DNA of 64,000 nt, taken from NCBI GenBank assembly GCA_028023455.1, contig JAQFVV010000004.1, forward strand, positions 19,530,001 to 19,594,000, in the 5' to 3' direction. This DNA is from Epiperipatus broadwayi (taxonomy: Eukaryota; Animalia; Onychophora). Positions 1 through 14,189 of the stretch are shown one piece after another. The position numbers and the translations under genes are program-made. The number at the start of each line of letters is the position of its first letter. Positions within the stretch are counted from its first letter, which is position 1. The notes below the pieces were generated by a model. That model saw nothing but the letters and a program-made list of their open reading frames with translations, searched no databases and was not told the origin of the DNA.

Positions 1-440
1 TATTAAATATGTTTGCCAGTTCTTACTTATCAGTCTGACATTTAGACATTAAACAGAAGAACAATATAGAGATTTCAGAACAATCAATGAAGCTATGGAA
101 AGATGCATGTTAAGAATAACAAGAATGATCAAAAATGAAATACATGGATGAGAAAATAAATGGCTATTACTGATATCATTGAAAGAATTATGAGTCTGAA
201 TGGATCTGGACTGGATATATTGCTAGAAGAGATGATAATAAATGGTCAGTTGAAATTATAAACTGGATTCCAAAAGATTATTAGAGACATAAAAAAATCC
301 ACATGTAGTTGATTGCATAAAATAAGGAAGTTTGTTGGTCTGATGTGAAGATGAGTTGTTTTAGGTCAGAGTTTTAAACTTAGTAAGACCTTCATTCTGC
401 AGTGGATTGATAATGGTTGAAAATAATGATAAAATAATAA
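1..440 (+). mobile_element. 3' fragment of a decayed RTE-clade LINE (continues left of the window)
   Basis: RTE C-terminal-like coding remnants (..WIPKDY..). The 3' end TGCAGTGGATTGATAA plus (A/G)AT-rich tail matches the end of the RTE copy at about 54700-54740. Confidence 0.7.
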
Positions 441-3400
441 GTTTTGGATTGAGATTGTTTATAAACAATATTCAGATTGACATTCAGATTTTAGATATTA
501 CTGTGTGAAATTAATCCACCAGTGATAAGGAACTGTGAAACTCTTAAACTTAATAAGAAAATCTATGATATGAGACCTGGATATAAAAGTACTAAGGCAA
601 AAACAATTCAGGAAGAAAAAATATAGTCAGAAACAAGTAGATATTAAAAGGAGTCTAGAGCATGTTTCAGATCAGTTGAATTTTATTTTACTATTTCTAT
701 AAACCTTCAGATGAGTTAGCTTACAAAATTAATGTTACAGGAATAATTATATGTTTTTATTATTTTATATTGTAAAACCTGATTTATATAATTTGCAAGT
801 AGCCAACTCACCTTTTTTTTTTATTAATGTAGCTACAAATTATTACCATATTTAATAATCTACAAAAAAAAATATTTTTTTTCATGTGTAATTTTTTTTA
901 TTTCTGTGAATAAATGATTAAAATATATCATCATAGATAACACTATCCAATATTTTGTGGGAAAATAGAAAATAGGTTGTTTTAATGGAAATTGATGTTT
1001 CTAAAAATGATGTCAATTTCATTTCACATCTTGTTGTTATGCAATCCTGTTTTTTTAGTATCTAATACCATAAGATATAATATTGAGAGATGTTATCATG
1101 CATTTCTTTTTATAATACAATTATTTAACTTTAGTTGTGATTATTTGTGTGCATTTGATTATTAATGTCTACTGCAGTCATATTATTTGTTATATTGTAA
1201 TTAAGTTTTGACAGTACATTTATAACAAACTCACTCCAGATATGTGATAGGAAGAGTATAAAGAAGTTTGGATGTAGATAAGAAGTTAGATACTTTTCTC
1301 AAACCATTTTATATAAACTGAAGTGTTTTAAACCACAATTCTACCTTATTTTATTGAGCATTTACTTTCATTTGTATCTGTGGGTGTATATGCTGTATAT
1401 AAAAACTTTTAATATTTATTTATGAAATTTTTATTTTAAGTATTTTAAGAATACCGTGGTCACTACATCAGGAGTGCACAGAAGACAGTCCTCCAAAGAG
1501 TACTTAAGAACTTCAAAATACATAAGTTCTATGGGAAAGAGAAAAGGTTTACCAGGAATTCTAATATACATTTTCAATGAATGTAATGTAAGATTTCAAC
1601 TCACATACCTTTTACTTTGTGTTCTAAGTTGTTTTACTTCTGTATATGTCTCTCTTCTGTGCGTGTATGATTTTGTACTTAAAAAGGATGAAATTGGAAA
1701 TTTTCTAAAAAGAAAAATTGTTTTAAATGCCAAAAGACATACTCATACTTAGTTACTTAGTATTCCCTCTAAACAGCATTTTGAAGCATATTCAGTTGTA
1801 TATTTTGCCACAGGCATGGAAATTTTTATATTTTTTTGGATATATTCCTTTTTTTTGCTTTCTTAAAAAGTAGCTTCCTTGTAGGTATATATCTGTATAT
1901 ACTACAGGCATCATTTTTCTTTAATATTGTATTTTTAATAAAATTCTATGGAGAACCATGTAATTTTTATTTCAAGTAGGAATAGTAATTTAAATGTGGT
2001 ACTGGCACCATTGATATAAAAGCACTAATCATCGCAAGGTATCATTTCACCACTGATGTAAAATACAGTTACTGTTTTGGTTTTGCCAACTTATATGCAA
2101 CATTTAAACTGTCTTATTGTTTACAAAACAGCCTTTGCTAAGATTGCCTGTTGATGCTAACATTTATATGTAATATATCCAATTCAATCAACACTAAGTT
2201 ATTGAAAATTTATGTAATGACAAAACATTTTGCATTATTGCCAATTAACCAGATGTGGTATGGCAAAACAAAATGCATGTTTGAATTTAGGAAAACCACT
2301 TTATTTTATTTTTAAATGGGGGGGGGGAATGTTTATTTGCAGACTAGTATAATTTTAGGTCAATATTATAACATAAAGGTAAATGTATGATTTTCAAGTG
2401 TAATTTATTAAACAGCTGTAAGTGTTTGCTATTTTCACAAATGCTGGTTGAGAATTATTACTTCATAACAGTATCTTAAAATTTAATTTTCTGAACATGA
2501 TTTCAGACTAATGCTGTTAAAATGCTTTGATGTAGCAAATTTTTCATGTGAATTTTCCTATTTTAAATAACAAGCAAATCTTGTGTGTGTTTTTTACAAT
2601 CTTTTCTCAATGTTGTAAAATCAATCTTTTTCAAGTCACTATTGTGTATAAAAATTATTCATTTTATAATGATTAGGTACTAATCCGATTGAAGGATGAA
2701 GTTTAGAAGTTTATATCAATTAGCCAATATTTCCCAAAGCAAGACACACTTTCAGAACTAAATAATTAACTATATTTTCTTAGTAGGAAGATGAAATTAC
2801 TAAAATATGTTTAATTTCAAATAAGAATGATGTAAATTCTAGAAAATTTCACATACATCATTCATTCAGGCATAATAAAAGTAATTTAAAGTAATCGCTT
2901 AACATCTTCAAGCTTTCATTTCCAAATGCTTAAGATTTGCCACTACATAAATGTTTGGGTTGAAAAGATAGATGGATTCATTCTATCTTTTTACAAAAAC
3001 TTTATCTTGTGTATGAAAAGTGAGAGTATTCATTTATAGTTAAAATCCACAAAGCACATGTGCATTAGCTTAATGACTAATTATTAAGATTATAGTTTAC
3101 ATAACATAGCACTATATAAAATAAATATCTTATTTAAAATAATTAAGATTGACTATATACAATTGTTCTAATAAATAATTAATACGATTAGTTTCTTGGG
3201 AAATCATATGATCTATGAGAATTTGAGTAGTAAGTTAAACATAAAAGATTCATTCAATTTACCCAATGGATTTTTTTTTAACTTTATTGAAAATCAATCT
3301 AGGAACTATTAGTTCTTATGTTTACCATTTTATTGTTCTTTCAAACCACACAGAGCTGTGTAACTTTCACTACTGATGAGAGAAAGTCATACAACTAGAA

Positions 3401-3552
3401 TAATGAGTATGTGATTTATTACAAAACAAATTTATAATTTCTTAAATATACATTGAAATGATTTTTTGATAAATATTTATCTCTATAATAACGTTTTTTT
3501 GTAACTTTAATACATTTAATACTCTTATTTTCACATGGTAATGATTTTATTC

Positions 3553-3711
3553 ATGATTTTGGTTGTCTATTTAAACTTTTCATTATATATATATATATTG
3601 CTACTGGAAGAGTTCTGGCTTATGTCTTTATAGTATGATTTTGGTTGTCTATTTAAACTTTTCATTATATATATATATATTGCTACTGGAAGAGTTCTGG
3701 CTTATGTCTTT
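3553..3711 (+). repeat. Exact 77-bp tandem duplication
   Basis: 3553-3629 and 3635-3711 are identical, including the internal (TA)n length, with a 5-bp spacer ATAGT. Confidence 0.95.
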
Positions 3712-3912
3712 GAAAAAAATAGTAATGCTTTAATGATAGTGATGACCTCACTATTTTTAATGATATAGATTATATTCAAATATATTGTCTATCCTAAACT
3801 AATGTAATTAAAAGGGATTTGAATTCAGACTTTCAAGCTCTCTACAGTTATGCATTCCATCTTATATAACTGACATACATGACCACATATATGTGAAAAA
3901 GATAAATGATCT

Positions 3913-3954
3913 CCAATATAAATATTTCATGCTGAACCAGTACTCATCAGTTGG
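3913..3954 (-). ncRNA. Type I hammerhead ribozyme motif (family A, A1 left arm)
   Basis: Minus strand reads CCAA-CTGATGA-GTAC-TGGTTCA-GCAT-GAAAT-ATTT-ATA-TTGG. Core intact, stems II and III partly mutated. Confidence 0.75.
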
Positions 3955-4355
3955 TCCAGATCACCATCTCCCACACATATATACAATCAGTGCCAGTTTA
4001 CATTAAGATAGCAAATCTTTAAACTTAAATAAACAACTTCAATCTTCTCCAACCTCCAACTCTTCAGCCATCCATTTTATTGAAAATCTGATAATGAAAT
4101 ACTCAAAGCTCTTGTTGGACATATTAAGATTTTATATGTGAGAGGTCAGAGTGGCTTAGAGTCAACATGGATATGACAATAATATTGGCATCAACAAGGG
4201 CTTTGAGTGTTCCATCATCAGATTTCCAATGATATGGATGCTGAATAGTTGGAGGGTGGAGAAGATTAAAGCCTGTTCATTAAAGTTTGAAGATTTGTTA
4301 TCTTAATATAAATTGAGCACTTACTGTATATATGTGTGGGAGATGGTGATCTGGA

Positions 4356-4397
4356 CTAACTGATAAGTGCTGGTTTAGCACGAAATATGTATATTGG
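4356..4397 (+). ncRNA. Type I hammerhead ribozyme motif (family A, A1 right arm)
   Basis: CTAA-CTGATAA-GTGC-TGGTTTA-GCAC-GAAAT-ATGT-ATA-TTGG. Perfect stem II GTGC/GCAC, one core substitution. Confidence 0.75.
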
Positions 4398-6411
4398 AGA
4401 TCATTTATCTTTTCCACATGTATGTGGTCATGTGTATCAGTTATATAAGATGGAGTGCATAGTATAGGGAGCTTGAAATTCTGAGTTCAAGTCCCTTTTA
4501 AATGATATAGATTATATAAATTAATTTATTATTCTACAACTAAACGTGAAATTAACTGAACCTACATTCAAATTTAATTTCGGATAATTATTCAAAAAAT
4601 ATAAATAAATTTAAGTAATAAAAAGAACGTTTGTAACCAGGCTGGCCTTGGGAGCTACAGAGCTTAAATTGGAAATGGAGCCCTGGCTTATAGACAAGCT
4701 GTTTCAAATTTTAGCTATATAAAGTTTTTTTTTTTATAGACTTTTATTTCTATGAAAGAATTAAAGCAATGCAAAATGTGAGCGTAAAAAAGGCATGTGA
4801 ATCAGTAGCTTAGCTGGAATTTTTGAGAACCTACACAAAATTTCAATATTTATAATACATACTTAATACTTTCTTTTATATATATGCATAAAATTAAATA
4901 ATTCTAAGTTTTGGTACTATATACATTAACTTGCTTTTTTACACCATTGGTGTTAGTTAACGGACTAAATAGATTTAGGCAAATTTTACTAGTATAAAAT
5001 TATGTGCATGTAAACCTCATGTAAACAATATATATATATATGTATGAAGATTATTTTATAAAAGGATTATTTACAAAAATACTTATTTTAATAATTGTAA
5101 AATGACTTCATAAAACTATTTTTTTTTAAAAAACAATTAAAAATATGTGTAAATCATTGTTGGTAACAAATTATCACTTTTTTTGAATTTCTAAAAATCA
5201 CTTAACATTAAAAAATTATAAATGTGCTAAATTATTATTGTCTTTTAAAGTTTAGATTAAAGTGACATAATTGGCAAAGTGCTCAAAACTGATAATGTTG
5301 GGTAACTTGATTAATTTCAGCTTTGAAAATATTTCTTACCTCCAATGCTACATTCTTTGGGATTGTAAAGAAAATATGAAGAACAATGAATGCATTGAAT
5401 TGCAATGGGGCTAATGTTGCAAATAAGAAACAAATATTTTTATGGGTTTTTAAGTCTGATGGCATAATTGGCTTTTAAGCATATAATAATTCTAAATCAG
5501 TCAGTGAATTTGATTTTCCTATGACAGTTTGGCATCTGCCATTCACACATCTGCTGCATATTTTTATATTATCATTGGAAAGGTTATGAAAATTGCATAA
5601 AAATCTGATTAAATTTTGATGCTATCAATTGTTTAAATCAATTCAAGCTTAACATCGCTTTAATCTATCACTTAATCAAAATATTGCACTTTGAAGGCTA
5701 TTTTTAGTTTTGACAAAGATTCATTTGCAGATTCATAATCAAATCATTTTCTTTCTTTTTTTTTCCATAAACATTTATTCTGAGACCCCAACACTGACTT
5801 AGTATCTAGATCAAGTATGGTTAAACTGAAGATTTTTTCTGTAGCTCTTTACCTATTCCAAAGTTTTTAGAATGGGCAAAATCATTTAGCAACATCTGTG
5901 AAATTGTTCTGAAGTTTCTTACTTATAAAATTCATGTGAAGGAATGTCACAAAACTACTGAGATCAAAAACTTGTAATTTTTTTATTTGAATCACCAAAA
6001 ATTCAAAATCACTTCCTTTTTTTAAGCATCATCAATGATTACTGACAACCCTTCTCACTTGATAATCTACAATCAGTCATTAACTTTTTGGGAATTTATA
6101 CACATTTTTGCAGGTGGGGAAAATATTTAGGTCTGATTTTTTTCTGATAGTTAATGGAAAAATTCCTGATTATCATTAAATAGAATTTTTCTCTTTCTTC
6201 ATACAGTATAAGAAATAGTGATCATGTGATGTTTATTGACTTGAAGTGTAAGATAGAGTGGAAACATTGACATTCATAACCAATTCAATTCTATTCATAA
6301 TCTTTTCAAGTCCATAGTCAATGGCCATCTAGTTTTATTTTTAAATTATTTTTTTAAAAAAATAATATTTGGTGGACTTGCTTATAAATTAAATTTACTT
6401 TATTGTAATTA

Positions 6412-6457
6412 CTAGGAGAGCATGGCCCTCCTGTCTTTCAGGGGCCAACTCTCCTAG
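6412..6457. other. Isolated GC-rich 46-nt hairpin
   Basis: CTAGGAGAG/CTCTCCTAG outer stem and TGGCC/GGCCA plus CCTG/CAGG inner stems, in very AT-rich context. Confidence 0.8.
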
Positions 6458-8165
6458 AGTTTGCTCCATTTGACCTCACTCTTTTATCAGAGCTTATGGT
6501 AAAATATTTATTTATAACACTTGTTTTCATATAATATATATAGAGAGAGTAATTTTTGAAATTTCAATAGTATTATATTAAAGTTGGATAAAATTAGAAA
6601 AGAATGATACCAAACATGTATGTAGGATGTAAATTAAGCCTAACTTAACACATTACATAAAATCATTATTTTCATTATGTAAAGATTCTAAAATAATAAT
6701 TAAAGAAATAAAAAAAAGTCTGTAAATTACATATCTATATTTTAACAAAAACTATAAAATTACTTACAAATTCAGAATTTAAAATAACCTCAATCTAATG
6801 CATAAAAGCTTCAATTCTCTCTCTTTTACTAATATTAAAACTAAAAAAAATATTTTTTTCAGTCTGTTAGTAAAAAATAAAATGCAAAAAAAATTAAATA
6901 ACAATTTAAATATGAAAGAAATTATTTTCTCTATTTGAAATTTTTATGAAGTATAGTTAATTTAAATTGAAAATTATTTTCATTAAGTAACAAATGATAT
7001 TTTTATACAATGGTGATTACCAATAAAATGTACATAGAATAGAAACAAAAAAGCAAAAAGTGATTTAAAATCACATGCAATATGAAGACACTTTTGTTTG
7101 ATAATCTGATTACACAAAATTGCTTTGCTACTTGTATGCAAAAGCAGAAGAGATATACCTTATTTACTTTTAAAAGAATACAATTTAATGGTGTTATCAT
7201 TATCATTCATATGTCTAAACAAACAGACATTATCACATGACATTGTCACATGATTTCAGCTTAAACATTGCTTATCAGACATATTTGAAAAAGATAACAA
7301 ATGCTTAATAAAACGTGTATCCTTTTTATATTTGCATTTACTTCAATGTTTCTGAAAATAATTAATTTTCTTGCTGAATTGCTCAAAAATTGAAAATATT
7401 TTTTTCCTTCAAAATGAACAATTTTAAATATTTACCGATGGATCAGATGCAGAAAAATGAGATACAAATTAAAATTGATAAGATTAGATTTTTTTTTTTA
7501 AATAAATTTTATTTTTGAATATTTTATTGATATTTATAACATTAAGAAAGAGAAAAAAATAATTCATTTTTAATTAAAAAATATTATTTAAGAATACATT
7601 GAAAGAAAAAAAACGACAGCAAAATATTTAGTATACATATTTTTTAAAGGTAATTTAAATAATAGAAAAATATTATAGAAAAATGTGTAAAGATTCTAAT
7701 TAGAAGATAGGATCACTGGAAGCTCATTCAATTCCTTCATTTTTGCTATTGTATGCCATTAATTATGTGATTTATATTTCGTGTTTACCATCTCTACATG
7801 GGGCACATGCTGATGAATTCCATTTATGAAATAAATCACAAAGTTCTGAATCTGTTGATGAGAATCCAGTAATATCTAGAACTAGATCAAATTCAACTGG
7901 TTATACTGTTGAAGCTGGAAAGAAAAATTGTTAGGACATTGTAAAAAGTTTATATATTTTTTTATACCATAATTCTTCAACTGTTTAAAGAAATTCTTGA
8001 TTGAATATTCAGAAAAGAGTTTTTGAATTGGGCTGAGTTTTAAATGATAAACTATATCATAAATTATTAGTGATTCTGATGATAAACTTAACAGCTTTTT
8101 ATGTATTTTCCGTGAGGTAACTTCTGATATCTGATGGAAAGGTATATAAAAAGGATTAAAAAACA

Positions 8166-8267
8166 GTCAAGCGTTTCAGCGCAGCTGCTTTGCAAGCAAG
8201 CAATTGGTTGCAGACCGTTGTTGTAGGTTCGTCTCTCAGCCGATGCTATGACATATAAAAAAAAAAA
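8166..8267 (+). mobile_element. tRNA-Gly-derived mini-SINE (family E), rearranged copy
   Basis: Starts GTCAAGCGTT and ends TGACATATA-poly(A) like the copies at 10110 and 36085. Retains AGCGCAGCTGC and a GGTTCG T-loop. D-arm deleted, about 18 nt inserted after the anticodon. Possible AAAAAACA TSD. Confidence 0.65.
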
Positions 8268-10109
8268 CATTGTAAAGAAATCGACTCTAATGCATCAGTA
8301 ATATTTTTCATAATATTTTAATTAAGTATCTAGAAATTCAGCAATGATTTTTTTTTTCAAAGTAGGGTACATCATTCACCTTTTACCTATTACTAAGAAA
8401 GCTGTTCTTTAAAAATTTTGCAAAGCAAATGCTAGCCAAATTTTCAAAGAAGTTAAACCTAAAAAAATATTTTGACTCCAATCATAGATAGATAATAAAA
8501 ACAAATTAATTTATTTTTAAATAGTACAGAGGGTTCTTCTGCTTAGGTGAAAAGTTGAGCTTGCTGATTTTGTCGAATTAGGACTAAGACTCCAATATTT
8601 GGAAAAGATTTTAAAACTTTTTATATCTTTATATAGATAAAGTTTCTTTTATAAAGTTAAAGCAATGCCATTAGTATAGATGATTTTTCGCATTCATTCT
8701 TCTTTTCAAGGATAAAAATATTAATTAAAGTAGTAATTGTAGCTGTTAAAAGGATGGTCACAATAATAACTATCATTGTAATATTCTTTTTCCTAGTTAG
8801 AATAATTGTCTAACAGACAGTTGATTTGAGAATAAACATAAAAATAGAATAGAAAAAGTATAAACAATCTTTATTTAGACAGAAAATGAATTATAATGAT
8901 ATTTTAATATAAAAGAGCACTTTTTGCTCTTTTGTATTAAAATGTCATTATAATTTGTTTAAAAATGTAACTATTGTAGGCAATCAATTATTTTATTATA
9001 CATTAATGAGAAAAAGCAATACATTATTATTGTCTTTTATTTAGAATTTAAATATATTTATATATTTTAATTTAAAAACAACATGATTTTCAAAAACATA
9101 ATAAAGTTAAAAAATTTAAATATTAAGATAATTTTACAGGAACTCAGATAAAATTGAAAACGATTGATTTATATAGGTTCATTATTAAAATGGCTGTATG
9201 TTCATGATATAAATGAATTAGATAAATGTTCATAATGGATAATTGTTATATAAAAATAATTTCTGAATTTAAAATTTGTATTATTTTTATCAATCCTTCT
9301 CATTTATTATAAATGTAAGTTTTATTATAGCACTTCACTTTTTTTACTTTTATCTTAGTTTCTCTTTTTACTGCTATTTTTCATTATTTTTGTGCTTGAG
9401 TTGAAACATTCATTTTGTGAAAGTCTATTGAATGCTGATACTCCACTGCCAGCTTCCTTGAAATAATGATTATTTTGAATTTAAAAAAAAACTCATATAG
9501 CAGTAGTTCATCAATATGTCTCTGATAACCTCATTAAAACACCTATCACATCTTAAATATTGAATATAAATATTATATAATAATAATTATTAATCTTAAC
9601 ATTCATTGGATATATATATTTACAATATTCTCTGTACACTATATTAAAACATTTTAATATCTGTTCAGTATCTTATAATCTAGAAAAAAAAATAATTCTA
9701 ATGTTTTATTTTTATTTATTTTATTATTATAATATCCATGCACAGTTCTTAATAAATTTAAAGTATTTTTATATGTATATGTTCTTGTAGCAAAGGTTCT
9801 ATTAGAATTTTAATGTGTGTGTAAATAGTATAAAAATATGATATAATATTGGTGCAGAATTGAATATAGTTCATTATGCTATATCAAATATTTAGATAGG
9901 ATGAAAAATTATGTCTAAAGTAAAAATTGAGTGAGCTTTCCTACACATATATGAATCAGAAAGCATTGTCTTTAAAGAATTACAACTAAAATCTCCAATT
10001 CACTATCATAATCCAGAGAACAAGTGAGACTCTGTTAGTAATACAAAAATAGATTTAAAAAGTAACTGATTAAAGTTTATTTTTATTTCGTTTTCTTCAT
10101 TGCCTTCAA

Positions 10110-10172
10110 TTTTTTTTTTTTATATGTCAAAAAGCGCAACTATGCTAACCACTAGGCTACCAACGCTTGACA
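10110..10172 (-). mobile_element. tRNA-Gly-derived mini-SINE (family E), internally deleted copy
   Basis: Minus strand TGTCAAGCGTTGGTAGCCTAGTGGTTAGCATAGTTGCGC-TTTTTGACATATA-poly(A). TSD GCCTTCAA at 10102-10109 and 10173-10180. Confidence 0.8.
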
Positions 10173-10924
10173 GCCTTCAAGTTTTGTTGCTTTTTAAAAA
10201 CAAAATTGTTGGACAATTTTCCCTTATAGTGTAATGTAACAATTATGAAGGTAAAAAAAAAAAGCCAAACTCATTTTAATCAAGCATATTAAATTATTTA
10301 CTATGCTAGGTAAATTTTTTAATTTTAAAATTTAAATAGTGTGTGTGCATATTAATTTATGCAAGGTTAAATATTGTTAAATAATGACACCTTAACTTGC
10401 ATCAAAATAATAAAATGTGATAATCATGAAAATTTGAATTACCTTATAATAATTGTCCAAAATAAAACAAGTGTTGAATCGTAAGTCAGTAGATTATCCA
10501 CGTTGAACCTAGAATCATTTTTTTATTAGACTGTATTTTCTAATACTGCAAGAACAAATAATGCAGCTTTTTTTAAGTGCTAGAATTAATTGATCTACTG
10601 AAGATAAAACATTATCATTTGTTCATAATATTATATTTTTAAATATTTTCTTTTACTTTATCTTTGACTAAATGTAAATGACATCTATAGTGCTACTTGA
10701 CTCTTCAGATGACAGTTGTACATGTACACTGTGAAATAAAGTAAAAACGTAAAGTAATATTGTTTTTAAATATGTCCTATATATACTTTTTTTTAATGCC
10801 TTACTTTGTATCAAATATATTTACAAGTCAATATATTTTCAACGGATAGATCACATGATATCAACATAGTTTAATAATTTTAAGAATTCTTTTTTTTTCT
10901 TTCTGAAAATGAGCCTAAAAGACA

Positions 10925-11180
10925 TTAAAATAATCAAATGGTTTATTGCTCAAGAGTTCATAGGATGTTTAAATACAAAAATAACAGAGTTCAAACTGGG
11001 ATCTAATTCAGAGTTCACCAGTTTTATCAAAACAGACAAAACTCTCTATACATATTGCCACTCAGTGCAAGCCCAGATTAATCAATGGATGGCAGAAGGC
11101 TTGTGCATAAAATCCCTATCTGGTTCCTACTCATCCAATATCCCCAGACTAGTTTCTGACTTGTGGCCTTCATCAGTCTT
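10925..11180 (-). mobile_element. Family B HHR arm (about 11030-11180) abutting a family D-like SINE tail (about 10925-11025)
   Basis: 11142-11176 minus reads CTGATGA-AGGCCACAAGTCA-GAAAC-TA-GTC-TGGGG and continues like the 27612-27761 arm. The adjacent segment resembles 13845-13930. Confidence 0.7.
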
Positions 11181-13839
11181 ATTATCACAAGAAACCACAG
11201 AGAAGCCTAAGAAACATTAAACTAGGGTTAATAACATCATATTTTAGGAGGACATGGTATACAATTTAACTTTTTATTCTACATTCTCTTACTTTTGAAC
11301 AAAAACAGTAAACATTCTTTTACTGTTTTGAATTTTAATCTTTAATTAAAAATTACTTTCTGTTTAATAAAATTTTTGCAATGAAATGAAAGTTTATAGT
11401 ATCAATGCATGATTTATCTTTCAGTGGAATGGCAGCAATTTTGCTTCATGATGTGTCTGTTATACTTTAACAATAAAGTGATTTTATTTTGTTATGTAAA
11501 GTTAATGTAACAGTAAAACAATTAAACATATATAATAATGAATTATGGTAATATGTTGCAATACAATAATTTATATAATTAAAATTTTAGATTAAGAATT
11601 TGTAATTCTTTTATATATATATTTTATAAAAAAATCATAATTTTTTGATGTTTGTGATATTTAGTATTTCTATATTCAACTGACATTTTAAAAATTGAGC
11701 ATGAAAAATGCTATAAAAAGGCCAAGAATCAACTTTTGGTAAGATTATATGAATTTTATCTAGAAATATGATGAATTCGTTAGTTTAGTCAACCTACACA
11801 TAAACACTCATCAAGAAACTCGTATAATAAATAAATTATACAGTTAATTGCTCAGTAACCAAGCAATGTTTCATTTTTAGGGTCACACTTTAATTCTGTT
11901 CAATTGATCAAACACAAGTTGTTTTTTTTACTTTTCCTCAGGTAAGAATTGTTCTTGAAACCTGTAACATTTAAGACTTCCACACTCACTACTACAATAT
12001 ATAAACAGGTAGCAAAAAAGCTCACATAATCATATTCCAAAAAAAATGTCTATAACTTGTATTTGTTTCAGGTCTTTAAGGCTAAATTAATTTTCATAAT
12101 TAAAACTGTCATATCTTATCCTTCCAGATTCTGTCTTTATTGCTGCTAACCAATGTGTAAACATATGGTCAAAGTGTAAATATATGATCAATGTGTAAAC
12201 ATGTGAATAAATATCAACCATTGATTAGTACAGGCCAATAGGCAATAATGCTCTCTGAATCTGACTGCTGTCAGTAAGTCTGGGGATCTGATAATAAATA
12301 GTCAACCTTTTTGGAGGCAAGATAGAGAACATCTGTCTAACCTAAATGACAGAACATGCTCCCAATTGGAAACCTCTGTTATCAATGAAAGTTTCTATTA
12401 CCATCATTATGCTCTAGTCTTTGCAGCTTCCAATCCTATCATGGATTTGTCTCACTGTGTAGGCAAGGTGAAATATGACAAAAACAATTTTAATTAGTCC
12501 ATTGAACAATCTTCTGTAGGGGAACAGGGAAGTTAATTATAAGATTTGCACTATTCATTTTTTTTTCACCCTTATTTTATTCTCTAGCTACGAAGATATT
12601 TAGCTATAGCCAGAAATCCATTTATTGATCAACATTGGTTAGGTATAGGATCTTTACTTCATTGCAACTTAGCTATCTGAAAAAAACAACTACCATAAAG
12701 CTGACTAGATCTTTAAAATAAAATAAAAATTACTGGCCTAGCTTTTAATCTATACTGCTCTTAATATTTTCATAATATTTGAATTTAATATAATATTGAG
12801 AATTTCATATAGTTACGTATTGATTTATTCTTTTTATTTATATTTAATTCATTTCTGTCTAACTGTATTTTAGTATTTATTTTATTTTGATATTCATTGT
12901 GACAGATAAATTAGTTCAGTTTTGTTTTGCATAATTAATTCTGCCTCAGAATTATTGTTTTAAATTTTTAAATTTTCAATTTTCTGACTTTTTCATTATT
13001 GATTTTTGTTGTTAATAATAAATTATTATTTTTTTTTACATTTTCTTTATTTTTTTCTTAATTTAAACAAAATTTTGTTGCGAATATCATTCATTTCTGC
13101 AGCCTTACAATTAACATCATAATACCTTAGCGATTTGCAAAAATTAAAGAATTGTGTAATTATAGATTTTATCACGTTACATAAATTATTGACGGACATT
13201 TTACTTATAAAGATTATGTTTTAAACGTCAGCGTTTTTATCAATATATTTTTAATTTATAAAATTTTGATTAATAATTTCCTTTACCACCAATGAAAATT
13301 TATAACCACAGCTGAGCAAAGATTATTTAAAAAACAATACAAAAAAAAAAAAAGAAGTTTAAAACTACTAGTGTCTGTTTAGGAAGTGCTAATGAATGTT
13401 TATTTATGTAAACAAAAGTATTAATTTTTATAATTAAAACGATGACAATAGTGTTTGTTAAATAACGTATATATGATAATAATCATAGATTTAATTAACG
13501 ATATGCTTGCTAAATAATGTGTTGTTAGATTAAGAATTTCTAAACAACACTTACATTAAGACTTGTAAGTGTAAAAACAATCTTTTGTCATTTAGAGAGC
13601 AATCGCAACAACCAGAGGAAAGTTAATCCACTAATGTTAAAGAATGGGTAGAAGGTTGTGATATAGAAGGGTCGAGAAGAAAACAATTACTGAGAAGGAA
13701 TCGGCTATGACAATACAAGCTAATTTCTGCTGGAGCCTCTGCCTTCCAAAAATACCAAAGTTAGTCTAAATCATGCTACAGGCTATTTAATTCTTCTTAT
13801 TTTATTAAGCCTTTGGACTAATTAGGTAATATAATAAAA

Positions 13840-14189
13840 AAAGGCTAATGGTTTTATTGTTCGGGAATTCATAGGAAGTTTGAGCATCAGAAGATGGACA
13901 TCAGAATTGGTCCTGGGACCTCCCAATTCCAAATTGGACACTCTGCCAACTATCTCAAACCATGCAACAAAAGGCATATGAATTTTCTTGGGAGCGCAAA
14001 CCTGTGTGCCAGAATTGATCCTTGAATTTTCCCATTTTCAAGTTGGACCTTCAATCAACTATACCAAACTTCATAGTTTATATGTTTGATTTGGGATCGG
14101 GAGATGCCAGGATCGATTATGGTACCTGCAGTTCTTTTACTCAAACTTTTTATGATCTCTCAAATAATAGTGCCATATGCTCTTTTTTA
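13840..14189. mobile_element. Family D foldback of two outward-facing tRNA-SINE-like arms
   Basis: 16-bp TSD AGGTAATATAATAAAA at 13824-13839 and 14190-14205. Arms about 13843-13965 (minus) and 14060-14185 (plus), roughly 65% similar by eye. Minus arm has AGTTGGCAGAG (A-box-like) and GGAGGTCCCAGGACCAATTC (degenerate B-box). Confidence 0.65.

Larger units (their letters stand above)
3776..4500. mobile_element. Family A HHR foldback element, copy A1 (Penelope pLTR-like, non-autonomous)
   Basis: Inverted arms about 3809-4119 and 4191-4500. 17-bp direct repeat AATGATATAGATTATAT at 3759-3775 and 4501-4517. 33-bp unpaired tail 3776-3808. One HHR per arm. Confidence 0.85.
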
